A stretch of DNA of 46,324 nucleotides, counting the filler, from Jimgerdemannia flammicorona (Eukaryota): NCBI GenBank assembly GCA_003990765.1. It is 2 parts of 2 records of this genome, joined end to end, with 100 filler letters (N's around TTAATTAATTAA, not from the genome) between each part and the next. Parts side by side here need not be neighbours in the genome. Positions count along the whole stretch, not along the records: positions 1 to 23,114 come from RBNJ01001156.1; 1 more part is not named here. One strand, 5' to 3'. The notes under the pieces are model-generated. The model was not told where the DNA came from, did no database searches, and was given only the letters and a program-made list of their open reading frames with translations. The translations under genes were made by a program, and so were the position numbers. This document shows, piece after piece, positions 1 to 10,181 of this stretch. Each line of letters begins with the position of its first letter. Within the stretch, counting starts at the first letter, position 1.

Positions 1-368
1 CCCCTCCCAAGGCTCACCTTGCCCTTCCCCACAGCAGCTCCAGCCCTGTCTCCAGCCCTGTCTCCAACTGGCCATCCACTCCCCTTCACTTTGTCAGCAA
101 AGCTGGATGGGCCAGCTCTTCCCCTGTCGCCACCCAACACCAGTCTACCTCCAGAGCCCTCCCCACCTTTCGATCCTCCAAAGGCCCCCATCCCCAGGCC
201 GAAACCCCTTCCCACCTCCTGCCAGCCGAAAGCCCCAGCTCCCCCCAACCCAGTACGCCCATCAGAACTCTTGCTTGAAGACATGTTGATAGTACCTTCT
301 CTCCAAGTAGTGTCGAAAACTGTTGCTTGAAGTCTTGTGTAATGCAAATTGTACCGGAGAAAGGTGTG
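1..368 (-). mobile_element. 5' end of an L1-clade LINE (5' UTR + ORF1 N-terminus from ATG at 284, running off the window), inserted antisense into gypsy copy A
   Basis: The reverse complement starts CACACCTTTCTCCGGTA, matching the 5' end of the LINE at 17436 (CACATCTTTCTCTAGTA). The minus frame from 284 reads MSSSKSSDGRTGLGGAGAFGWQEV...PSSFADKVKG, matching GGALAWEK...VSFVNKVK in ORF1 at 17530. Homology of A to copy B begins at ~369. Confidence 0.8.
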
Positions 369-3300
369 ACGTCAGCCTATACCCTATGTCAGATTGAAGA
401 CTGTATCTTTGATGCCATTATTGATACTGGTGCTGGAGAATACCTCATGAGCAAGAAGGCAATTGACCACCTAGGTTGGGACATTGAAGAGTCCACCAAG
501 ATGGTCTATGTTACAGCAGATGGTACATGAGCTACCCCCCTTGACAAAATCTGAGAAGTCCCCATCAAGATAGGAGGAGCTACTATCCCAGTAGACATGA
601 TTGTTACAAGTACCACCAACTATGACATCCTCATTGGCAACCAATGGCTTTACAAGGCCAAGGCCATTATTGACCTCAATGCCCAGAAGATGCAGATCAA
701 CTATAGAGGAAGAAAGGTATGAGTCTCTATCAATGTCCACAAAGGAGTCTTACCAGACATAGAGGAAGGAGATGAAGAGGACACAGAGGTCTTCATGCAC
801 TCAGTGAACAAGAACAAGAACAAGACACTCAAGTTCACAGATGAGCAGTGGTACAACAAGATCATTGATGGGTATGCCTCTCAAGGAAGATGCCCCCATG
901 GTACTGGGATGTACTACTCTGAACACCTGAATGACTGCTGGTCCTGTATCAGTGAAGTCAGGAAAATCTGCCAACAGAAACATGAGCAAGAAGCCACTGA
1001 AGCAAAAAGGAAAGCCAAAGAAGATGACCAGCCCCCAGAGCTTCAGGCTGACAGTGATGATGAGGAGGAACAAGAATCAGACATCACCCTCAAGGTCAAG
1101 AAGTTTCACCCCAAAGCCAAGATCCCAGAATATAAGACTGAAGGAGCCATAGAAATGGACCTTGCCAGCATTCAAGATGCTACCCTTGAACCACAGACCA
1201 CCACCCTACTTGGTACTGGAATTGGATTCAAGCTGCCAGAAACCATACCGGAATTATCAAGACCAGGAGCAGTCTGGCCAAAAGCGAAATCTCAGTTAAA
1301 GGAGGAGTAATTGACCCTGATTAACCTGGTGAGATCTTCCTCATAGTCAGGAATCACAACCCCACCACTCCATTCAAAGTCAAGAAGTATGACAGAATTG
1401 GCCAGATACTGATCCACAAAATCAAGAAGCCTAAGATCATAGAAGCCATCAAACTCATCAAGACCAAGAGAGGAGAACAAGGCTTTGGATCTACTGAACA
1501 AGGAGCCTATACTATCACCAAGATTACCGAACTTGAGCACAAGAAAGATAAGGACCAGAACAAGCACATATACACTATTGGAGAAAACTTTCCCCTGGAA
1601 GAACAACTTCTTAAGATCCTGTATCAGAATGAAGGAGTACTTACTACAGACTTCAGGGATATCCACAATCAAGAACCCAAGTACTATTATAAAGTTGACA
1701 CTGGTGATACCAAGCCCATCTACCAGAAAGTCAGACCCATACCACCTGTTTACAGAGAATGACTGCAAGCAGAACTCAAGGAAATGGAAGAAGCTAGAAT
1801 CATCAAGCAAGCTATCAGCCCCTGGGCCTCACCCATTGTCCTTGCCCCAAAGAAAAGAAGCAAGCCTGAAGAGTTTGCACCAAGACTCTGCATTAACTAC
1901 AGGAAGCTCAATACCATCACTAAGAAGAATAGGCAGCTCTTGCCAAATATTCAAGAAATCCTTACCACCCTTGGAAGCAAAGCCAAATACTACACCACCT
2001 TGGATCTGTTTTCAGGCTTCTATCAGATTGGTCTCACTTAAGATACTAGTGAGAAATCAGCCTTCATCATACCTGATACCACCTATATCTACCTGCGAAT
2101 GCCATTTGGAATGTGCAATGCCCCAGTAAGTTTTCAGTGAATGATGAACAGAGTCTTCAGCAATGAGATTGGAAAATGGTTCTTTGTCTATGTTGATGAT
2201 GTGATCATCTTCAGCAACATTGCATGGGAATATGTCAATTATATACAGCTAGCCCTCAAAAAGCTCAAGGAGTATGACCTTTACATCAAGCCCAAGAAAT
2301 GTAAGTTTGCAGCTTAGGAAATCACCTACCTAGGACACCTCATCAACCTGACTGGAATCCACACAGACCCCATGAAGATTGAGGCTGTTGCAGCCTACCC
2401 GAGACCCAGAACAACCACAGAAGTCCATGCCTTCCTTGGACTGGCCAGCTACTACAGAAGGTTTATCAAAGGATACTCTAATATTGCAGCACCTATCTAT
2501 GAGCTACTGAAGAAGAAGACCAAATTTGAATGGACCAAGGAATGCTAAGAAACCTTCAATGAACTCAAGACCAGGTTGACCCAAGCACCTATCCTTAGAA
2601 GACCAGATTGGAACCTAGAATCATCCTGCAGACAGATGCAAGCACTATAGGACTTGGAGCAGTCCTAGCTCAGAAGAAAGATGAACATGAATATGTCATC
2701 TCCTATACAAGCTGAGGTACCCATGGAGCAGAACAGAACTATGAGTCATATAAGCTCAAATGCTTAGCAGTAGTCTGGGCAGTAGACAAGTTCCACTACT
2801 ACCTAGCCAGGAAATACTTCACTATTCAAACAGACCATTCTGCTCTTGCCTGGCTATTCCACACTCTGAACCCCAAAGGAATATATACCAGATGGATCTA
2901 CAGACTGTAAGAGTATGACTGTACTGTCAAGCACTGCTCAGGAAGAACCAACACCAACACTGATGTACTCTTAAGGATACCTCGAAATACTCTCATCAAG
3001 ACTATTCAACATAAATAAGGAGCTATACTATAGATTAATCAGCTATCTTGAGCAGCAGAAGATGCCCAACCACCTTGAACCCTGGACAATCACCATCATC
3101 AACTGGACTTGGAAACAGCTTAAACTAGACAACACTATACTCAGAAAAGGAGGAAAGCTAGTAATACCCGAATACAAGAAGTATCAAGTAATGAAGGAAG
3201 TACATGAGCAAGGATACCTAGGAGAAACCAACACATACGACAAAGCAAGAAGAACTATGTGGTGGCCCAAGATGGAAGAAGACCTGTGCCAATTTGTCAA

Positions 3301-4200
3301 AGGGTGTGATAAGTGCCAAAAACAGAAACAAGATCAGCAAGACCAGGTATCCAGGTCATCAAGAATTGAGCCTATCTCCTTCCACCACATCGCAATAGAT
3401 ATCATTGGGCCACTACCAGTAACATTATCAGGAAACCACTATATTATAGTTATTGTAGACCTCTTCACCAAATGAATAGAGGCAGGAGCATTATAAGAAG
3501 CCAATGCCCTCTCTATAGCCAACTTCTTGCACTGAAAAATCATCTGCTACTACAAGATACCAAAGAAAATCACAACAGACCATAGCACAGAATTTGTCAA
3601 TAGATTTCATGAGATAATGTATCAGAAATACAAGATCTAGCACATCAAGACCACTACATACTACCCCCAAGGAAATGGACAGATAGAGAGAACCAACAAG
3701 ACCCTCAAGAACATTCTGGCAAAGATCTCAGAGACATATGAGAATTGGAATAACTATCTCCCAACCACCCTCTCTGTCCTATAAGACATATGTATGGTCA
3801 CAGAGTACACACTTTACCCCAAGAGAACTGCTCTTCAGAGAAGAAGATTCTGATGGAACCTCAGTCACAAATCTAGACCTAACTTGGAGACAGGTTGATG
3901 CAGAAATCTGGAGGCTACACCAAATCAGGAAGAAGGCTGAAGATTACATTATCAAGTCACAAATGCTGATAAGAAAGAATGCAGAAAAGAATCACAAGAC
4001 CCTAGAACCCATCTGAATTGGAGAAAAGGTTCTACTATATCAAAATATGGTAGAAGCCTCATGGTTGTGAAAACTGGAGCCCCAATGGGAAGGACCCTTC
4101 TATATACAAGATATCAAGGGAACTATCTTCTGACTTAGAAAAATCTCAGGGACCATACTGCCTATCATGGTATATAGGAACAGACTCAAGAAGTACCATG
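369..4200 (+). pseudogene. pol: Degenerate pol of copy A
   Basis: FDAIIDTGAG protease (~409-438), SPWASPIVLAPKK and YVDD (2189-2200) RT, QTDAS RNase H (~2629), H..C-x2-C zinc site and DIIGPL integrase, WEGPF (~4086). Many TGA/TAA/TAG stops and a few frameshifts. Confidence 0.93.
1089..1495 (+). pseudogene. dut: dUTPase domain between protease and RT (copy A)
   Basis: KFHPKAKIP..GAIEMDL, TRSSLA, GGVIDPD, DRIGQ, RGEQGFGST: trimeric dUTPase motifs I-V, with frameshifts. Confidence 0.9.
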
Positions 4201-4565
4201 AATCGATACAAGAGAAGCAAAATGTAATGACTGCCCATGAGGTTCTAGTCTGCAAATTATAACAGCATATCCTGTGACCAGTAGGCTATCTGTCTGGACC
4301 ATTCTCTAAGGGATATGGTACCAGCAACAACTCATTCATGAGACTTTTGAAGCCAGAGGAGTTCGAACCATCAACTGATTGATCAAGATCAGAATCAGGC
4401 CCTAGCTCTATATGAAGGGAATGACCCTTCACCATCATGCCAAAATATAAAGAGAAGACGCCAGCCCATAAATACTACTTTTCGACCCCTTGCCAGAGGT
4501 TATGGGATCAGTAAATTTTGCAGGACTGGACCAATGAATAAGGATGCTCAAGAAGATCCTTATTC

Positions 4566-4575
4566 AGAAGGAAGA
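4566..4575 (+). other. Polypurine tract of copy A
   Basis: AGAAGGAAGA immediately before TATAATGG; the same tract precedes TGTAATAG in copy B (15791-15800). Confidence 0.75.
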
Positions 4576-6110
4576 TATAATGGTGATCCCAGAATGATGA
4601 CATCAGCACAGGAGATAGTCTTTCCTTGCAAGCCACCAGATTGGAGCACAAGAAGATCATATGGCATATGAGATGAGCAATGATGACTAACTGTGAGTCA
4701 TTGTGATCATAGTATAGTATTTTGAGGAATATAAAAGAAGGATCAAGGAACTGCAATAGCAGCAATCAACAAGACCCACCAATCCCAAAATAGCTCAAAG
4801 ACTTACCACAAACAAAATGCCTGCTGCCCACCAAACCTCAAGATCAAGGAACCACCAAGATATCTCAGTCAAAGAAAGGATGTTCCAAGACATCAGAAGA
4901 GTCACTCAAGAAGGACTCCTAGTGTCAACCTGGGTATCAGTGATCCTTATCACTATATCCTCTACCACTATGAAATGGAAACAAGGATCACTATTGCTAC
5001 TGAATACCTCCAAATGTGGCAGGAGTACAAAATAGGAAACCTCCTCAGCTGGGAGTTCCTACAGGCCAGCCCTCAAGAGCTACAAGATGCCACTCCCATA
5101 GATATACATGAGGTAAGAACAGCTAAGAAGATCCATCAGATCTTCAGGCATATACCATGGTCAATCCCCAACTTGGAGTATGTTAGAGTCTCAGATTTCA
5201 GAGACCTGTCATCCCACCATATCAATGCACTAGAAGCCAGGGTGGCTACAGAAGCCCAGTCCACCAATGTCCTCAATAGTGATGAAGTAGAAGACTTCTG
5301 GCATCCCATCCTTCAGGACAACCCAGACCAATTTCTGTAAGGATTGATCTCAGTATTCCAAGGCCCAAGCATCCAGGTTAGACCTCACCAAGACTCCACA
5401 TTTGTTCCCTATTTTGTGGAAGAGAACCTCATAGACTGGAGAGCTCCAGATCTCCTTGTTCTTGATTTCTCTGCCACCAAACATAATGATGTCATTGGCA
5501 ATGATGTCATCCTACATGATATCAAAGTACACGAAATGTGCAACCTACATGATCTTGACAAAATGTTCACAGACCTCATCTCCTTCGAAGACATCCTGAC
5601 CTCTGATGATGAGGATGAAGCTCCCATGATCCTGAACATTCTGCTCTAAGTCCCTTGTTACACTGAATAATGTCAGCACTGGCATTTGATGTAAGACTGA
5701 ATAATGCCAGCACTGGTATTCTGATATGACACCAAATTATACCAGCACCCTGAATCTGTACAACCATTAGTGCTGACTCTGGAACTTAGCAGTTTTTCCT
5801 ATCCTGGCATTTTATTTTAGTTATTGGAATTTATATTTAGCTTTATATCTTAGTAACCATTGAATTATATTTTGTTTAAATATTCCTCTTATTTCCTCTG
5901 AAATAAAGTCAGTCAAGTTCACTTACATACACTTCTTTACAAGCAATTTAAGAGATAACAAGACAGTTAAAGATAAGAAGTTTAAGGATTATAAGATCTT
6001 GAGAAGGCACTCCAATAAGAACTTGCTTATAACAAACTTGAGTTAGTCTAAGAGATACACCTTGAAGAGAATCTGGCATATTTGAAGGACTCAGTGACCA
6101 CTATATGATA
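4576..6110 (+). repeat. 3' LTR of copy A (~1535 bp)
   Basis: Aligns end-to-end with 8579-10113 and 15801-17338. Starts directly after the PPT and ends ATGATA (mutated GTGACA). Confidence 0.85.
4817..5649 (+). pseudogene. LTR-encoded accessory ORF, copy A (10-nt deletion near 4890, one internal stop)
   Basis: ORF-track pieces 4817.., 4975..5340 and 5344..5649 join into one protein by comparison with the two LTRs of copy B. Confidence 0.75.
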
Positions 6111-7805
6111 CTAAATAATAATTGATGCTGAGTTCTAATCTAGATATAATTTTTATATAATTGTCTTCTGAATATTGAATTGTAATTTCAGTAGATACTA
6201 GGGTTCTTTCTTTTACAGAAATGGTGACTAATTTGACTGAATATAGGTTAAGACCAATGACTCCTTCTGATTGATATTATGAAATCTGAGTTTAGTATTT
6301 CTAAATAAATCAAATCAATTTAAATTAAATTAGGGATTTTTCAATTTAAATAAATTTTGAATTGAATCAAATTTAAATTGAATTGAGGGTCTAATTTAAA
6401 CTCTATTTTTAGAATATAATACTTAATGAAAATATATCTAAATTTAATAATCTTTAGTTTTTAGATTCATCTTATATAGTAGAATTTAATAAGCTAAAGA
6501 TTATTAAATTTGGACATATGTTTGTTGAGTTATTATATTTTGAAAAATAGGGTTCAAATCAAATTTCAAATCAAATTAGCATTTAATTTGATTTAATTCA
6601 TTAAGAGTACTACCTGAGTCTTTGAGTATAGCTTCTTAATCTTAAGTTCTGGCTAACTAGTAATAGAGTTGATAGATATATCTTTGGACAACATAGTAAC
6701 TAGTCTTGCAGATTTACTTGTCTTCTTAGTATATTTAGTTGCAATATATCCTGTCTGGTAGCAGAAAAAACATACTTTTGACTTCTTCAGACATTCCTTC
6801 TCTTCAAAAGTAAGCTTGATGTTTTTCTTATTTATAGAGTCTAAGTCTATTGGGGCTAGTTTTATAGTTCTAGACTAGTTCTTATTATAGTTCTCAAAGT
6901 AATTCTTCTTGTAGTGTTCTGATTCAAAACAGTGACTATAAGTGATAATATTAAATCTATTAGCTATTCTTATGACTTCTTTAAGAGATTCTAGTTCTTT
7001 TAGCTTGATCTTAACTTGTATATTTCTCTTTAAGCCTCAGATATACATAGCAGTTAATTTTCTCATCTTCAGTAATATCAGATAGCTCTAAGAGAATTGA
7101 CAAAATTATATATTATAATATTATATAAATTTAGATTACTTGATGTTCACTAACCTATCTCTAGTTAGTTTAGTAATGTTAGTAAGCTTGAATGACTTGT
7201 AAAAGACTTCCTTAAAGACTGTCTAGTCTTGTATTCTTATTTCTCAATAGCTAGATATAGTTATGATATAATTATATTACTAGAATATAGCATTTTCTTA
7301 GAGAAGGGTAGTAGCAAATTGTACTTGTATATCTTCTTTTATTCTTATAAGTTTGAAGTATTAGTTAAATTAGAAGGTCTGGATATCAGTAGATAGTCCT
7401 CCTCAGTGACCATTAATGGTATATATCTAGTTTGAGTGACTTGAAACTAACAGATATAATTGTGAGATATACTAATATTATACTTCTTATTTTCTATTAT
7501 TCTAGCTATACTTATAGATATTAGAGCTAGTATACTATAGTGATAATCATTTCTATTAGGTCTACTTATATTTCTAGATCTATATCTTCTACTGTAAAGA
7601 GTTCTGACTAGTTCACTAGTTCTCAGTTTATTTTAAGTTTGTATAACTAGTTGTAACTAATTTCTAAATTTATATAAGATTTCTTAATAAGGTAAAATAT
7701 AACTTTACTACTACTAAGTATAACAGTTTTAGTTTTTTTTTAAGAGAAAGCAACTAAATCTAGAAGTATTCTGGTGAGCCTAAAGTAGCTTAAAGAGATA
7801 CTTAT
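6111..7805 (-). mobile_element. Heavily mutated fragment of the chromovirus family (part of 5' LTR 7719-7805, gag, N-half of dUTPase)
   Basis: Collinear with 44718-46072; CCHC knuckle remnant ~6733-6772, PMDLD-like motif ~6840-6853, LTR start TATAACAG at 7719. Confidence 0.85.
6293..6612. mobile_element. hAT-type hairpin MITE (~320 bp) with 8-bp target-site duplication
   Basis: Termini TAGTATTT...GAGTACTA; long internal inverted repeat (TCTAAATTTAATAATCTTTAG ~6437 / CTAAAGATTATTAAATTTGGA ~6494). TSD tctgagtt (6285-6292) / cctgagtc (6613-6620); single empty-site copy tctaagcc at 44892-44899 in the sister element. Confidence 0.8.
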
Positions 7806-8578
7806 CCATCTTTAGTAAGTTATATATCTGATGAGAGCTAGGATATTATCTTCTAGATTATAGATTTTGAGGATTTTCTTTGTAAGTTTCTTAGCTTGGT
7901 CTTTTTGAATCTTAGTTCTGTTATCTTCTCTCTTGAGTATATATACTATAATATCTTAACTAAGGTATATTTTCTCATACTAGTAGTTAGCAGCTTAAAT
8001 ATTTTCCATAGAGATAATATCTTATTACTTATAAGGACTGTTTTTAGTTCTCAACTTCTCACTGTCTTAGAAATCAGTAATCTTCCCTGTTAGAGATAGG
8101 GAGAAGAGTAGCTAAGAGCTATACCTCTGTATAGATATAGTGGTCTCTTCTTGACAATTGTTTTACCAGTATAATAGTTATTTCTTAAAATATAGTTATT
8201 TATATAACAATTACTAGAGATGCTGGTTTAGAGTATCTTTGCTTTTCTTGCTGATTCAATAAGTGATACTGATAGCAGTAGTCTTGTGGAGAGTGGAAGA
8301 CCATTTGATACTAATATCTTCTTAGTCAAAAGGCTCTTTTCTGATTTATTTTCTGTCTTAGAACAATAGTAACTATACTTGGTCCTTTTTCAGTATTTCA
8401 GAGATTATTATCTTCTAGTGGTATCTAGTGAGAGTTATCTTAGAAGATTAGCTCAGAGAGTTCTTCTGATTTGGATACTTTTTTATCAGTTATTTTTTAT
8501 CTTAGATTACTTATACCTCTATAGCTTTAGTTGTAGGTATCTTTTACAAATAGTTGTATTTCTTTTTTTTCTTTCTAC
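7806..8578 (-). mobile_element. Fragment of gypsy family 2 (protease-dUTPase linker region), left of the copy B insertion
   Basis: The reverse complement matches ~31853-32661, e.g. ATGGTCTTCCACTCTCCACAAGACTACTGCTATCAG vs ATGGTCTTCTACTCTCCCTAAGACTACTGCTATCAG (32161). Confidence 0.85.
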
Positions 8579-8832
8579 TATAATGGTGATCTCAGAATGA
8601 TGACATCATTACAGGAGACAGCCTTTCCTTATAAGCCACCAGATTGGAGTACAAGAAGATCATATAGTATAACTCACTAAGGCTATGAGATGAGTAATAA
8701 TGATCAACCATAAGTCATCATAACCACAAGACAGACATCTCAAGGAATATAAAAGAAGGATCAAGAAACTACAGTAGCAGCAACTCAAACAAGGCTTACA
8801 AAAATAGTTTAAAAAGACTTACCACAAACAAA

Positions 8833-9615
8833 ATACCTGTTGCTCACCAAACCTTAAGGTCCAGAAACCACCAAGACCCCTCAGTCCAGGAAAGGATATT
8901 TCAAGACATCAGAAAAGCTATGAGGATCTATACAAGAAGAACTCCTAGCCTCAACTTGAGTACTAGTAACTCTGATCATTATATTCTCTATTACTATAAA
9001 ATAGAAATAAAGATCACTATTGCTACTGAATGCCTCTGGATGTAGCAGGAATATGAAATAGAAAACCTCCTCTACCAGGAATTCCCTCAGACCAGTCACC
9101 AAGAAATATAAGATACTACCTCTATAGATATATGTGAAATAAGGACAGCCAAGAAGATTTATCAGGTCTTCAGGTATACACCATGCTCAATCCCCAACTT
9201 AAAGTATATTAGAATCTCAGACTTTAAGAAACTATCAGCCTGCTATACTAATGTACTGGAGGCCATAGTGGCTACAGAAGTCCAGTCTACTATTACTCTC
9301 AATAGTGATGAGGTAGAAGAGTTTTGGAATTCCATCTTTCAGAACAATCTAGATCAATTTCTGCAAAGATTGATCTCAGCATTCCAAGGCCCCAGCATCC
9401 AAGTTAGATCTCCCCAAGACCCCACATTTATTTCTTATTTTGTGGAAGAGAATGTCATAAATTGGAGAGCCTCTACCACTACTGAATGTGATGACATCAT
9501 CAGCAATGATGTCATCCCACATAATATATACAAAATGAATAAAACATTTATGGATCTCATTTCCTTCAATAGTAATAAAGATGAAGCCCCCATGGTTCTG
9601 AACATTCTGCTCTAA
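8833..9615 (+). pseudogene. LTR-encoded accessory ORF in the 5' LTR of copy B (260 codons, frame intact)
   Basis: Start mutated ATG>ATA. Single frame to TAA at 9613-9615 with only two internal stops (TAG 9043 for TGG; TAA 9109 for CAA), both sense codons in copy A. Confidence 0.8.
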
Positions 9616-9871
9616 GTTCTTGGTGATACTGAATTCTACTAGTATTCTTTTTCTATATAACTGTTATTCTTCTGGCATTCTGATCTTGCATAACTCAGAA
9701 ATTCTTCTGGTATTATTTTTCTGTTCTACTGGTATCCTGAACTTATGCAACTATTTATATAGACACTTGAATTTGTACTTATAACTATTGTTTTCTATGT
9801 TTCAGTATTTTATTTGGTTATTGGACTTTATATTTAGCTTTATATCTTAGCAACCATTGAATTATATTTTG

Positions 9872-9904
9872 TATAAATACCCTTCTTATTTTCTTTGAAA
9901 TAAA
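9872..9904 (+). promoter_or_regulatory. Putative LTR TATA box (TATAAATA 9872-9879) and poly(A) signal (AATAAA 9899-9904)
   Basis: AATAAA is present at the equivalent position in all three LTR copies; TATAAATA is also in the 3' LTR of B (TTTAAATA in A). AT-rich context lowers certainty. Confidence 0.5.
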
Positions 9905-10116
9905 GTCAGTCAAGTTTACTTACACTCAATTCCATATAAGCAATCTATGTAAGAGATAATAAGACAGTTTAAAGATAAGAAGTTTGAGGACTATAAGCTC
10001 TTGAGAAGATACTTCAATAAGAACTTGCTTATAACAAACTTGTGGTTAGTCTAAGAGATATACCTTGAAGAGAATCTGACATATTTGAAGAACTCAGTGA
10101 CCACTATATGATAACT

Positions 10117-10135
10117 TGGTGCCTATTGGCTGGTG
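10117..10135 (+). other. Primer-binding site of copy B
   Basis: TGGTGCCTATTGGCTGGTG just after the 5' LTR; the TGG start is complementary to tRNA CCA. The tRNA is not confidently assignable. Confidence 0.65.
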
Positions 10136-10181
10136 ATTCAAGAAAAATCCCTCACTTTTAAGCTGAAAAACGAAAAACTAC

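Larger units (their letters stand above)
369..6110 (+). mobile_element. Ty3/gypsy LTR retrotransposon family 1, copy A (protease to 3' LTR; gag side cut off by the LINE)
   Basis: Domain order PR-dUTPase-RT-RH-IN; collinear with 11607-17338; PPT and 3' LTR present. Confidence 0.95.
8579..10113 (+). repeat. 5' LTR of copy B
   Basis: Begins TATAATGG exactly at the base that follows the PPT in both 3' LTRs; ends ATGATA 3 nt before the PBS. Confidence 0.88.

Noticed and set aside
19..330. Proline-rich 103-aa ORF on the plus strand
   Set aside because: Antisense shadow of the G-rich LINE ORF1 on the minus strand.
4198..4816. A further ORF between integrase and the LTR ORF
   Set aside because: Several frames look open once transitions are reverted, but indels between copies (2, 2, 14, 2 nt) are not multiples of three, so no frame can be supported.
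4817..5649. Env glycoprotein
   Set aside because: No signal peptide, transmembrane helix or fusion-protein features; too short.
5656..6110. Short ~455-bp LTR starting TGTTAC, with tandem elements sharing an LTR
   Set aside because: No PPT precedes it, TGTTAC is not conserved in copy B, and the repeat boundary at 8579 coincides with the PPT-defined start.
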